A model generated the notes under the pieces. The model was not told where the DNA came from and did not search any database. It saw only the letters and a program-made list of their open reading frames with translations. The position numbers were made by a program, and so were the translations under genes. Positions 12,837 to 25,380 of a stretch of 64,000 bases of DNA are shown here, piece after piece. Positions within the stretch are counted from its first letter, which is position 1. Each line of letters starts with the position of its first letter. This stretch comes from Massalongia carnosa (Eukaryota). The stretch is taken from NCBI GenBank assembly GCA_965645245.1, contig OZ287075.1, positions 1,302,001 to 1,366,000 on the forward strand, given 5' to 3'.

Positions 12837-15800
12837 ATGCGAGGCCAATTTTTTTTTGGGGGCCGCGGGGTTGAGATTTAGCGTAAAAAATGCTGGCTTG
12901 GCGGTCCTTCGCAAAGTGGCCTTATCGCCTGTGACTTTGGGGTATAAACCCACTTATAGGCGTGACCCTGCAAAATCGTCACGCTGTATGGACAACATCG
13001 CCCCGTGACCAAGCTCCATACCACGATTTTCCTCCTCGACCCATTCAGTCGAACTGCAAAAAGCCTGCCTGTCCCCGTTTTGCGCCGCGAGCGACTTGCT
13101 GATCAACGAGCGTTCTACATACCACGGATAACTACCCTCTTTGGCGGCCGCACGATGGACCCGGGCCCCTCCGCTGCAGGCCCCGCTGTCGCAGATCCGG
13201 AGACGGCGGCGCCTCTTTCTTGGCCTCCTCCTGAGGCTTATGTTGATGTCGACGCCGTCAAGCGTGAGTCTCAGGCCTATGCCACCCACGGCAACAACGA
13301 GGCCGCCATGGCCGCCACCATGAGGCGCGTCCGCGGGATGCGGGAGGAGGATCGGAGGGCCAACACCCTTAAGACGTACCGCAAGTGCTGGCATCTGTGG
13401 GAGATGACTACGATAGGTATGCCCTGCAAATTTGGGCCTACGCTAACATCCTACAGAAGTGGTGCCGACGTCGCAATTTTCCTGACGGCGTCCTTGTGTG
13501 GGAGCGGAAGATGCTTCTCTTCCTCGAAGAGGTCGTCCTCCGCCTGCGCTTCGTCCCACGTCCCAAGCTCACAGGCGCAGCATCGCAGGCCAGGCGGCGG
13601 GATCAGAATCGCCAACGGCAGGCTAAGCGCCGCGCGTTGAAGAGGGGGAAGGAGAAGGCGATGGAGGCGGTGGAAGCCTCGCCAGCGGTAGAGGGAGAGG
13701 AGGTTGAGGAGGTGGAAAAATTCGAGGAATTCTCCGACGGCGAGGAGCTCGTTGAGACGGTGAGTCGCCCTCTGAACTCGAATTCAGGAATAGAATCATC
13801 TTTTTGTAACTTACTGACTCGTCTTGCAGCAAGCTGACGATCTTTTATCCCGGCCCCTGGCGCCCGATAGCGTGGAATCGGGCTACGTTTCTGCCCTCTG
13901 CGCCCTCTTCGATGACCAGCATCTCGAAGAGAATTTGGTGGTGCCCCATCAGAGAGGGAAGGCCATCAAAGCCCTGATGACGCGCTTACGCATTGATTGA
14001 AGCGCTTTCAAGCGGGCCTCGTTCGAGGATCGCGCAATTCACGGCCTCACCGACGGCTACACGACTGAGCAGGCCGCTCAATTTTCGGCAATGCTGCTCG
14101 CCAGGGGCAAGTTTTTGGGGGAGGAGAACGTGGCGGCGGGCGAGTGGCACCTCCTGCGGACTCGCCTCGACTTCCTATTAATGCATTCGATGATGCTGCG
14201 GGGGGAGTCAACGCGGAGGGCTGAACTACCTGACCTCTGCGCCTACGACCTTCCTAACGAGGGGTCCGAATGCCTTGCGTTGATCCTTCGAATTGGCCAG
14301 GGCAAGAGCATTCCTCTGGCGGACGGGGGCAACTCGCGCCGTCAGCATTATCATGATGCTTTGCGGAGTAGAGATGTCGTCCTCTATCCTCTCGGCGCCC
14401 TCGCTCATTGGCTCGTCTTGCGCTGGGACCTCCTCCTGGAGAAGCGGCCGAACTTCCGGGATCGATCTTCGTGGTATTTCACGAAGGTCATCTCCGGGAG
14501 TCTGGCGCGATCTAAGGAGGAGATCTCCGACAAAACACAGGCCCGATGGATTAAGCCGGCTTTGGATGCTGTCGGCGTCGACAGCTCCAAGACGGTCCAC
14601 ATCATGCGGCAGTCCTCGTCACGGCTGGCCGACATGTGAGAGGTCTCCACGGACCAGGCAAGTACTCTACGATTCATGGCCTCTTATACTTACTAGCATT
14701 ACCCTTATACCAACTACTACAGATCATGAGAGCAGGCGGATGGGAACGTGGCGTCTGGGCCACTAACTACCTCACCCATCTGCCGCGTGTCTACATGCGT
14801 CGCGCCGCCGGCTTTGGCAACTCCCTCGGGAGTTACTTTTTGAGAAGAGGAGGACACTCACCGGATCTGGCCCTGCAGCGGCAGGTGTGACCTTGGGTGG
14901 ATGACGCTCTGGCGGCGTACAAAGGCGGTCTTTTTCCTGATGCGGATAAGGCAGGGAAGAAGGTTCTGGAGATGTTGCTGCGGCTGCGTTGTGTCTTCCT
15001 GCAAGACGCGGCGCTTCTACAGCCTCAGTTTCCTGAGCTTTCGCTCTGGAGACATCAAGTCTTCAGAGATCCTCTTTGGCCTGCGTTCGCGGCGAAGATA
15101 CGGGAGTTGAAGGCCGTAGAAAAGGAACCTTTGCACGTGGCCATTCACGGCGTGCTGCCTCTTGTTGCTGACTTCGTTGATGGCGTCAGTAACAAGGTCA
15201 GCGGTGTTGCGATCAAGCAAGATCGCACGCTCAACGCTGTGGAGAGGTTGCTCTCCGGGCAGAGCCAGCTGACGATCATCTTGAGTGCGCTGCCGGCGGC
15301 AAATGCTCAGGAGATAGCTCGAGTCCTGGGTTCGCAGCTCTCACAGTTGCAGGCCACGGTCTCGACGCTATCTCGATCCTTTCTGACGGTTCCTGTGGAG
15401 GCTGTTCGGAGGGACTGGCTGTTGGACGAGGCTTCTTGGCGAGGGCAGGCGACTGCTCTTGCGACGGCGGCGCACTCCGTTGGTGAAGAGCCTGCTGCGT
15501 CGGCGTCCTCGTATGTCGACGCAGTCGCTTCTCTCCTTCCTACACCTTCTGTCGTCCTCACTTCCGTCCTCACTTCCGTCCCCGGAGAGGCGTCTACGGT
15601 CTCTGCGCCCTGTGGCTCCCTCCCTCAAGAGGGGCCGCCTCAACGTCCTCCTGACTGCCCGGCGGAGCCCATTCTCGGCGGCGTGACCTCGGCGGAGGCG
15701 GTGTTGGAGGAATTCGCGGTGGGGACGTTGGTGGAGGGGGTCCGGCGTACGTCTCTCGACGAGTTGGACCGCCTCTTCGGGGCTAAGTGGAGGTACACTC

Positions 15801-16495
15801 CTGCCCTGAGGCAGCAGTTCTACGTCAAAAGACGGATTCGTCGATATCTTCAGGGGAAGGCGAATGAGCAGGGGAGGGATCCGTGGAATATTGCGCGGGA
15901 AGTTGACAGTTTGAGGCTCTCTGGACATCAGATCTCTAAGCGTATTGACGCTGGAGAGGATCTGCTTCGTAGATAGATCAATGATACTACTCTTTCTCTC
16001 TACGAGTACTAGTCATGAAGGCCTGTAACACCGTTCTTATTAAGAAGCGATCACTCGTAATGTGCCCGTAGTACCTCCTTCTCGTTCCTGTGACTGAGTG
16101 GGACATCTTGTGACGAGGCGTGCAACTGCATCACGTATCGCGTCATCAGTGCTACGTTAATTCTATTCGGGGTAAGATACTTCTTCTATTCAGAAGAAGC
16201 TCTTTTCAGCAAACCCAGTTTCAAAATTCTAGCAAAACTCCTTTGTGGTTCGATTGCGAAGCGCAAATGTCGACTTTCGCAAATCAGACAATTCAGGCAC
16301 GGGTTTACTCGTTGAAGGATGCTCTATTTAACGGTTTAAATTGCTTCAAAATAAAAAATTTTCTAGACTACAACTTCGGGTTACTAATGGCGTGACAAGA
16401 AAAAATCGCGGGATTTGGGATTTTAAACGGATAATTATGGCCTATCCCTACAATAGTATAATCCAAGCCATAGCACAAGTATTGTGGTCTCGCAT
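12837..16495 (+). mobile_element. Crypton-type tyrosine-recombinase DNA transposon (boundaries tentative)
   Basis: GC-rich block containing the YR gene; tentative ends ATGCGAGGCCA (12837-12847) and TGGTCTCGCAT (16485-16495) form a 10/11 inverted pair. Confidence 0.6.
13155..15976 (+). pseudogene. Crypton tyrosine recombinase (Ndc10-domain-2-like) with C-terminal GCR1_C-like domain, disrupted
   Basis: LRTRLDFLLMHSMMLRGESTR, NEGSEC, YPLGALAHWLVLRW, KTVHIMR, RAGGW, TNYLTHLP, LRCVFLQDAALL, C-terminal SLDELDRLFGAKWR...QQFYVKRRI; introns near 13420, 13760 and 14660; frameshift near 14000; TGA at 14637-14639 and 14888-14890. Confidence 0.85.
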
Positions 16496-17264
16496 TCTCG
16501 ATTACTTTTTTAGCTGCGCTGCAGAAAAGATAAGTCATTTAGGATGAGTAGCCCACCGTGCCCACCCAGCAAATTCTACCCTGCATGCTCATATCTTACA
16601 TACATGCTTTCCAACTGAAGGCCGCCGTCTCCGCCGACAGACAGCCTTCACCGTACCATATCCAACCGACAGATAACGTACCTTCAGCTCATTCTCACCA
16701 ATCTATGACCGTGGCTATAACTCATAGAAGCGCTTCTAAGGGCTTATTTTTTGCGGCTTTGATTCTCAATCAGGGGGTTTCAGTAATGATCAAGAAAGGG
16801 CCAATCAGTGTTGAAACCGACAACTGGAAACGCTGCGAGCTCAACTCCCTACAGCTAGTAACTTCTCTTTCATCTAACGATGCCTTTGCCCTGGATTTCT
16901 TGGGGATCGACAAGAAGACATTGTTTGCTATAACAACTTCACCAGCCAAGGGTGAGGTCGGATGAAGGATATCTTATCACTAATGGCTTCGTTATTTTTA
17001 AGGTTAACTCCTCGCAGTCCATCCTGTTAGTTTAGTGTTACGTCAGCATGGAGTTGATTTCCAAAGCCCGAACGTTCCTGATTGGCGTTGAAGGAAGCAA
17101 TGATGATAACGTGATGTGATTTCCCCACCATTTGATGTCGGGGACGCCATGAGTATTTTCACATTATCCACCATTCGCCCTCATCATTAATCCATTGTCG
17201 CCATCCTAGACCTATTGATCTTAACTCTATCACCCAATCAAACACCTTGAATTCTGTCGTGAAA

Positions 17265-18371
17265 ATGGTCAAAGCCGGTAAGCTTGCCCTAATACATCTT
17301 TGCCCCTCCATTGGGATAGGAAACGAGCTCTTTTGAGCAAATTCATTGAGTACCATAATGGCACACGCAGCATCTGAAAGCACCAATCACACCTCTACCG
17401 TCTCCGTTCTCCTCCCGATCCCTCCCCACTCCTCGCTTCCCCCCGCTCTGCCTCCCTTTCAAACCATTCCGAGCGTCAATATCCACCCCATGCTGACGGC
17501 GACCCTTCATCCCGGGAGTCATAGTTGCGGTTCTCCGTGGTGCTTCCTCGGTGGGCGGCACCGTCACCTTTGAGCAAGCCTCCGAGTCCTCCCCTACGAC
17601 AATCAGGTACAACATCAAGGGCAACGACCCCTCGGCCGAACGAGGCATGCATGTGCATCAGTTTGGAGACAATACTAATGGCTGCACAAGTGCGGGGCCG
17701 CATTGTGAGTTTTCTTGCTTCTCTTCCTTTCGGGAAGGGGAAATTTTCTCTATAGTAGGCCAAGGATAAGTCAGGCTGGGAACGAGATTTTTCGATCCTT
17801 CACACACCAAGACTGAATCCCACCCCTTCTTCTCTCATTGCCAGAGTCGCGCTATTACCTCCTCGAACCCCCAAACTCTAACCCCGAAGAAACACTCGCT
17901 AACTGCTCCTCCACTTCCCATGTAGTTAATCCTTTTTCCAAAACCCATGGTGCTCCCACCGATGAAGAGCGTCACGTCGGCGACCTAGGAAATTTCAAGA
18001 CCGATGCACAGGGAAATGCCGAGGGCACTATTACAGATAAGCAGATCAAGCTGATAGGTCCTGAGAGCGTGCTTGGCGTACGTATGTTCTACCTTTAAGG
18101 ATAAAAAATCGTTAACGGTTTGTTTAATATAAAGCGGACCATCGTCGTCCACGACGGCACTGACGACTTGGGAAGGGGAGGACACGAACAGAGTAAGGCA
18201 ACGGGTAATGCAGGGGGAAGGCCTGCTTGCGGTGCGTTTTCCTTATTTTATCCCTTTGGATTCTTTCGAGCTTCTCTAGTTTTCCTCTTTCCCCTTGTAC
18301 TGTCCTTGTATAACGATTAGCTGTGTCTAAGGCGAAGAGACAACACAGGCGTTATCGGCATCGCGGCATGA
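17265..18371 (+). CDS. SOD1: Cu/Zn superoxide dismutase (5 exons)
   Basis: MVKA|VAVLRG...[43 protein letters not shown]...|[16 protein letters not shown]...[16 protein letters not shown]; metal-ligand His/Asp and both disulfide Cys present. Confidence 0.97.
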
Positions 18372-18670
18372 AAATCCTCCCTTAAACGTAAAAAGCTCAC
18401 TAGTGAAGGGAGATAGGGTTATCAGCTTTATAGGGGTGAGGGAAGGGGAGAGCAACAATGATGATGACAATGATGATGTGAAATAGGACATGGAAGTTGA
18501 ATTCACGTTCGCTATTACCAAAACATCCTTTCAACTTTTTTCGCCAATGAAAGATTGATATAATGTGTCTAACGCTATTAACTTTTTATTCTCCCCGAAG
18601 ACAGCTGCGGGGGATATTAGGGGGGGGAGGAATTGAGTTTTCTGTCCTTCATACTCTTTCCTCTACCTCT

Positions 18671-18810
18671 CCATACAACCAAAGGCAGATCCATACAACC
18701 AAAGGCAGATCCATACAACCAAAGGCAGATCCATACAACCAAAGGCAGATCCATACAACCAAAGGCAGATCCATACAACCAAAGGCAGATCCATACAACC
18801 AAAGGCAGAT
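18671..18810. repeat. Perfect minisatellite, 7 x 20 bp (CCATACAACCAAAGGCAGAT)
   Basis: Seven identical adjacent units counted directly; no spacers. Confidence 0.97.
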
Positions 18811-19927
18811 AATATGGTCCTACTGGGTTTGATCGTTTGATTTACCTTAAAGACGGCTGTTCCGGGGAAAAGCCTCGTCTTTCGTGCTTCCTACTCCTGT
18901 TCACCCTCCCTCTCCTATCATGCAGTCACCAGTGTGCACCATCTCTGGGCAATGCTCCTCCTTCAATAGACCACCACCCCCACACATCCAGATTCAGGCC
19001 TCCCATTATTTTCCATATTCCTCTCCTACCCTCCTTCCCCTATGAATGTAAGTTAGCCTGTGATTGTTTTTAGTTGTGCTTTGATAAGTGAAAAAGCGAA
19101 ACCTGATAACCAGGTGTTGGCAACCAAGTATTTATAGGTTCAGCCGGGTTGAGCGGTTGGGCTAGCATATGCTGGTTGCTACAATGAGGAGTATTGCAAG
19201 TCTGTTGGATTATGACTCAACCGACTCCGTATTAGAGGAATATAGGGGTACATGCATGAGTTTACTGCCACCAATGAAGGTTCGAGCCAAAAGTCACTAA
19301 ACCCAAAGAGGGTTTTCTAGTTCATCGACGAACGAAATTCGCACGTAACAGTAAATCACTTGGATAAAAAAACAAAAAAAAGCCCTGCTAAGCCAGTTCA
19401 AGGCTTCTAAATTCCCTCAACGAACAGCCCGAGACACGAACATTTTGATCCATCCTTAGGCTGACTAGCTGATTCCATCGTTGAACAGCCGGAACAAAGA
19501 TTATTGTTGTCGCTACTCGCAGATACTCGTTCGTCCAGAAGTGCTCGGTATTTTTTGTACACCAACCCCCACAAAACCGAGGTAAAACGAGCGTTGGAAA
19601 AAAGGCAAGACTGACTTAAAGGGTTTCGGAGTTTGGCGATAAACGAACGGCATCACACGGAAGCAGCTTCAATGTTCAATTTCTATAAAGGACAGAGCTG
19701 GAGATATATGAATGGTAAGTACTCCAGATTAATAATTCTGGTGGTTGTTTTCCTTGCGAACTCGTGGAAAAAGAGCATCAGCATCGTTTTCGACCGCGAA
19801 ACTATCAACTTAATTCAATCGACGAATCGCCAAGAAAAAAAAAGAGCCTACACTGTAGTTCGGTACTTGTACGTATCCATCCTCCGTTTAACCATCTTCC
19901 CTTCTTCATCCTCAAGCCACATGCTTG

Positions 19928-22791
19928 TTAATCCTCCGTCAAATCACCATACTCCCAAACGCCCAAATGATGATTATTAGCCTCCTCCTGCTTCTCCCGT
20001 AACGTAGCCACCCATGTCCTATCCAACCCAGCATCCGTTGTGGCGGGTACCGTAGCAAAGCCCGCTTCCACAACTGCGCTGTTCATATCCACCTCCCCGA
20101 CATAGACCACAACCTTTAACCCCCCACTTCCCCCAGCCTCGCTACCGCCAACCACCTTGACAACACACTCTTTTTCCCCAATATTCTCCTCTAAATATTT
20201 TACCGCCTCCGCCAAATAATCCTCTCGCTCAGGAAATCTCAAGCCAGCCATGACGGCATCGATGGCCTGCGACTTCAGCTTCTGCAGGCTGAATTCGGGT
20301 TGTGAGAGCGTGCGTAGGGACAACCAGGGGACAATCTCAGTGTTGCCGTAGTCGAGGAATAGCACATCAGCGTGGCGAGCCTCGCGGTCGTTCCGTCGTA
20401 CCCGCGCACGATACCACTCCCCATCGGCCGAGTACTTAGCCGCGACTAGGTCGCCCGTTTTCGGCGGCCCAGGGAGCGCAGAGGATGCTGCAGCGCCGCC
20501 AGGGGAAAGATGAAAGGCGCGGAAGGCACTCATAAGCGAGGCAAGGGGCACTGTCGTTGTAGGGGAGATAAGTTGGATCTTCAAGGTGCACGTAGCCTGG
20601 TCTATATGTGTAATGAGAGCGTCTCGGTAGTCCTCTTGCGCCGGGGCGCCATTAGCTGCCGTTGACCCGGACGCCGCAGTCGAGTTGGAGGGTTCTTCGG
20701 GGTTGGAAGGCGAGGTGACAGTAGGGTCGTGATCATGCCATAGACCTTTCCGGGCATCTTTGGCTTTCTGCTCGGCTGCGAACAGCTCGGTCGCGTTACC
20801 GGATTGTTCGGCCGAGTAGGCGTGTACAGTTGCAAGACCCTCTTCGAGCAGCAGCTTTGCGAAATTCTCGCGGTTTATGTATAGCGTGCCGATAAAGCCA
20901 CCAACTTTGTCCGTGTTTTCAACGTCAATCTCAACATCTCGTTGCATGCAGCGGCGGCTTGCAAACTCATGGGCTTCTTGGCCGAACGCCTCGGGCTTCT
21001 CATTAGGATTGCGGGCAGAGCGGGGGGCGCGGATACCGGAGAGGACAAAAGTGAGTTTGGCGTTTTCCCGAGGGATAAGGATTGTAAATCGAGATCCGGA
21101 TTTGACGAAATCAACGATAGCAGGGACCCTTTTCTGTCGTTGGAGGACGGAAGATTGGATCTTTGCTTTTTGAAGATTCTCAGAGTAATCCTGGTAGGTT
21201 TTTGTAGCGGGTTGATTGGGTGACCACATTCCTTTTTCGTCTTTCTGGGCGGCTTCTTCGGCAGCGAGGAGCTCGTCGTAGAAAGGACTCCGATCATCTG
21301 AAGAGGTTGTTAGTTTTGCTGGAGCACCATCACAATGAAGGCAGATATACCATCGTCTCGTCGATGGCGAATAACTGACGCATACCCTGCTTCAACTAGC
21401 AACAGAGCAGCATTCTTATTATTTGCATGAATCGTGACCACTTCACGCTCTTCATAGCCTTCTGAAGCTACCTTCTTTCCATCAATAGTAACCCGTACAT
21501 GTTTGCCAATCAATTTCTTTCGTAGGAACTCTTTTGCATCGGCTTGGAAAGGGGCTTGTTTAGGATCTGTTGGCTTTGGCTGCCTAATACTGCTAAGGCT
21601 GGCTCGCTTTTCAGCACCTGACTTGTTCCGATAATAAACCGTGTCGGCTGTTTGGATGCGCGTTACTGTAGCATCCACTGCTCCAGCAGATGGTGCTTTG
21701 GTGTTTACATGACCTTGGAAGATACCAAGCTTGTTGTCCTTCGCGTACTTCTCGGCTTGCCGAAGAGCTGTCATATCGCCTCCAATCAGTGTAGAATGAT
21801 GATCTGTGCAACGTGCGAGACCAGATTTAAGAACAAACTCCCCAATGCTGCCGTTTGGATGTTTGACAACGCTGATAAGCTGCCCTTGCGCGCTGATCCC
21901 GAGCACCTCAACTCTGACATTACGCTGCAAAAGTCTACTCTCCACGAAATGATGCGCCTCAGTACCAAACGGTTCGGCAGGCTGCTCCTTTCCGTCCGAC
22001 GTATTTGTTCGTTTTGTGGTTGGCGCGCGGATACCGGCAACGAGAACTAGAGTTTGCAGATGCTTAGTTGCCGACAGGAGCAAACGCACAAACAACCGGT
22101 CTCCGCTTAAAACTCGCTCAACAATGGCATCTAGACTCTTTCCTTTCTGCTGCTCCGCAAATTCCTTCGGGTTCGGTATGTCATATACAGTCTCAATTCG
22201 GCCTCCTTCGGACGCCCAGAGCCCCTTAGAATCCGCCCTAGCCTTTGCCTCTTCCAACTCTAATTTCTCTAGAAGTCGCTGCGATTCCTCAGATTCATCT
22301 TTACGGCCAGCATCATCTCTAAGCTTAACCCATCCTTCAGAGACCGCAGCGTCAGGCAATGTTTCACCAGTCTGAAGCACAACTGTTCCATAGTCTCGTT
22401 TCACACCTGAAGGGATAGTGTAAAGAACTACAAACTGTACAACTTTACCAACAAGCAAACGACGGAGAAAGTCTCTCGATGCAAAAGCAAAGGCCTATGG
22501 AGAACCAGGATTAGTGCTGATCAGGTACCAGAAAATATTTCTCCTGCCTAGATTTTCAAGCATTTCTACCAGTACCCGGAGACTTATCCATCATCACTTT
22601 CCTCCAAAACCTGTCTTCATGAGGTAATAGTGGTAAAGAAAGCGACTGACCTCATCACCCTCTCTCCGGAGTCTAGGAGCACTGACGAATGGCAGGCTCA
22701 ACGTCCTCTCCTGGGTTGGATTACTGATACTTGTAAGGATGATAGTATCACCGGAGAGAACACTTTTGACTCTTGCTTGCGAGATTGGCAT
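19928..22791 (-). CDS. SND1: Tudor staphylococcal nuclease (Snd1/p100), multi-exon
   Basis: ARVKSVLSGDT start, repeated SNase domains (IVERVLSGDRL, AIVDFVKSGSRF), Tudor domain (AAKYSADGEWYRARV...FLDYGN), end LGVWEYGDLTED*; introns near 22495-22650 and 21298-21350. Confidence 0.95.
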
Positions 22792-24329
22792 AATGAGAAC
22801 GTAGACCGCGTTGCTTAGAAATGTAGACGCGTTCCGAAAAATTTTATATATCCAACAAACAATTCTGACTGCAGACGGATAAGCTTCTTCACCGAACTTT
22901 TCTAAGGAATTTTGTAAGAAATCAGGATTCGTCGTCTAAAATGGCTCATGTTTCTCAATAATTACAGCCCAATAGCCAATATGTTCTTCTGCACACGTGA
23001 TCATGCAAATGATTCCACACCTAATGCCCTGGCACGCAAACAAAGATTATAGATTATACCCAAGTATATTTTAGCTCGCGAGCGACAGGTGTAACGTAAT
23101 AGGCATTATCGATTTGATAAACAAAAGAAACCACTACCTTATGAAGAAAAAGACACATACCTTTGACTTTATCTGATGGGAGGTTAGATTTCAATGTGGG
23201 TAAGGATTTGGATAGTGTTCGTTGGTCCCAGTTCCGTGGATGGGTTTTTCCGACGGCGGGATGGTTCTTCCCTTCCTTTCCCTTTTTGGATGTCCATGCA
23301 CGTCATCGTGGACAGAGATGCGGTTATGTAACAGAGAATACATCTCCAACCTTTGCACCCTCGATTTACGAGACTCAATATATTCCTCATTTCCAGTAGC
23401 CTTGTGAGTCGGAGGAAGATGTCATATCTCTCGTTCAAAGACCATCATAGGTAACTAGGGCGTTCCACATCCGGGATGTCGGGCAGTTCTTTAATTTATA
23501 CGGTATTGTTTTCACACTTCTTGCAAACATGGACCATGAACTGATCCAAAATCCAAACGTACCCCGGCATTTTAGTGCATGTGAAAAGACTGAAATAGTT
23601 GGTACGCCAGATTCCATTTTGTGATCGGGCTACTTGCTTGAAACAGAATAACTTCAGCGGATTGAGCTTGCTAACTGAGCTTGCCAACCAGGAGAGTAAA
23701 GGTCATCACTCATACATATTGCTCACCTAGATACTTCTAGAACCATAGCCATCTGTCGGCTTGAATCTTAAGGAAGGAAGTCATTGGGCTAATAGTCATA
23801 CTGCTGGTCAAGACCCTGGCGTGTTGCGGAATGCTTGTGGTTAAGAGCTGCGAACAGCAGGTAAATATATAAAATGTAGAATAGCTATTGCGATTACTAC
23901 GCCCAGTATAAGACAGGGGGTTAGAATGGAGTTGAGAGAGTAAGATGCATCATAAGGAAGACCAATAGAAGGGCTGCAAGGGAAGGAGCCATGTTTAATC
24001 TCTGTTCTCAATATTCACTCATTGCGAGGTCGAAGGGACAAAGAATAAATAGATCAAGTAGATTTGGTCCGTTTATAGTTAAAGCTAACCAATTATCGAT
24101 ATGTTAGTTTTACATTCTTCACATTTAAACACCATCGGCAACAATCGTCCTAAGAGGCGCTCCTCATTGGTTTCAGAACGTAAACTGACACGGCTGATAA
24201 AAAATCAGCTGGGGAAATCAGGGATATCCGCACCCAGCCCCACCAAAATCCCAAGTGATATCTCTGATGTCTCACGGTGAACTTATAGCCTGCTACCATA
24301 TAAATAAATCACCTACTGCCATCTAACTA

Positions 24330-25200
24330 CTAGTTTTGCCTCAGTACCTCAGACGTGTCCGGCTAAGCCCCTTCGGGTTAGCCTTATAGAACGTTAAGCC
24401 CCTTCGGGTTAACAGGCAGCACATCTGCCTCAATACACAGTATGTACCTCAGACGTGTCCGGCTAAGCCCCTTCGGGTTAGCCTTACGGAACGTTAAGCC
24501 CCTTCGGGTTAACAGGCTGACTACCTAGCACATCTGTAGACTCAAGATTACGATCAGATATGACTTAACGATCATGACAAGAACGATTTCGACCTCATAG
24601 AACAACGTCACAACTTCATTGTTTTCATGTTTGTAAAATCGTCGTCGCTTGATATGATCATGATCAATGTATTTTTGATTTTTTCGTTATAAGTTTCAAT
24701 CTTTGTTTATGTTTATAACGTGCAGAGCAATTTTACATACATCTTGTTATTTGCGTTAAGTCGATTCTCGATTTCTATGCGAAGTGCAATCAGATTGCCC
24801 CACATGAACTTTACAACGAACAGGAATTTCACGAAATTTTCTATATAAATTCTACCTGAATTCTTTCGAAGAAATAGCCCGTGTCAAACGAAAAAGCAAG
24901 ACGTCAAAATGTCGAAAAACCGCAATAATACACGATTTATTACGAATATCTGACCGTAATATTGAGTTTTGCGCTCAGACGTGCTATCGCAGCCACGTTA
25001 GTCAGCTGGAACGCTAATCCGAAGGAGCTTAGCGACCCGGACGGGCTTAGACGGCTAGAGCCACGCACGTCTGAGGCAAGCTCAGACGTGCTATCGCAGC
25101 CACGTTAGTCAGCAGGGACACTAATCAGAAGGAGCTTAGCGAAATAGGCTAACCTGGAGAGGTTTAGACGACTCGTAGAGCCACAGCAGAGGCAAACTAG
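24330..25200. mobile_element. Non-coding nested foldback (MITE-like) element with tandem hairpin modules
   Basis: Ends CTAGTTTTGCCTC / GAGGCAAACTAG; 100-bp-period duplication on the left, 107-bp-period on the right; inner 22-bp inverted repeat at 24540-24561 / 24946-24967 (20/22). Confidence 0.7.
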
Positions 25201-25380
25201 GGCTAATCTGATGAGTAAGCGAAAAGCGTGATGTACAAGGTAGTTATCAAAGAGAGTTTAGCGATCTCCGCCCGTATTGTACTCCGTACGTGGGGCAAAC
25301 CCCTCATTGTGGGAATAAAAGTCGGATCTGTCCAGTTACTTTCTTTAGTACTCTATCTGTACCTCATACAATTCTGCATC

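Noticed and set aside
13155..15976. Starship captain (DUF3435) interpretation of the tyrosine recombinase
   Set aside because: The motifs and the C-terminal GCR1_C-like domain fit Crypton/Ndc10-like YRs, and housekeeping genes follow immediately.
18671..18810. CRISPR-like array
   Set aside because: Units are contiguous with no unique spacers, there are no cas genes, and the context is eukaryotic.
19111..19186. Possible tiny hAT-like MITE (CAGGTGTTGGCAACC ... GGTTGCTACAATG)
   Set aside because: The inverted match is weak and there is no 8-bp TSD.
23160..23700. Protein-like minus-strand frames between SND1 and TAL1
   Set aside because: Interrupted by stops, with no recognisable motif or splice structure.
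25208..25224. CTGATGAG-TAAG-CGAAA, resembling a hammerhead ribozyme core
   Set aside because: Stem II would be 1 bp, and no stem III with an NUH cleavage triplet can be formed; likely chance.
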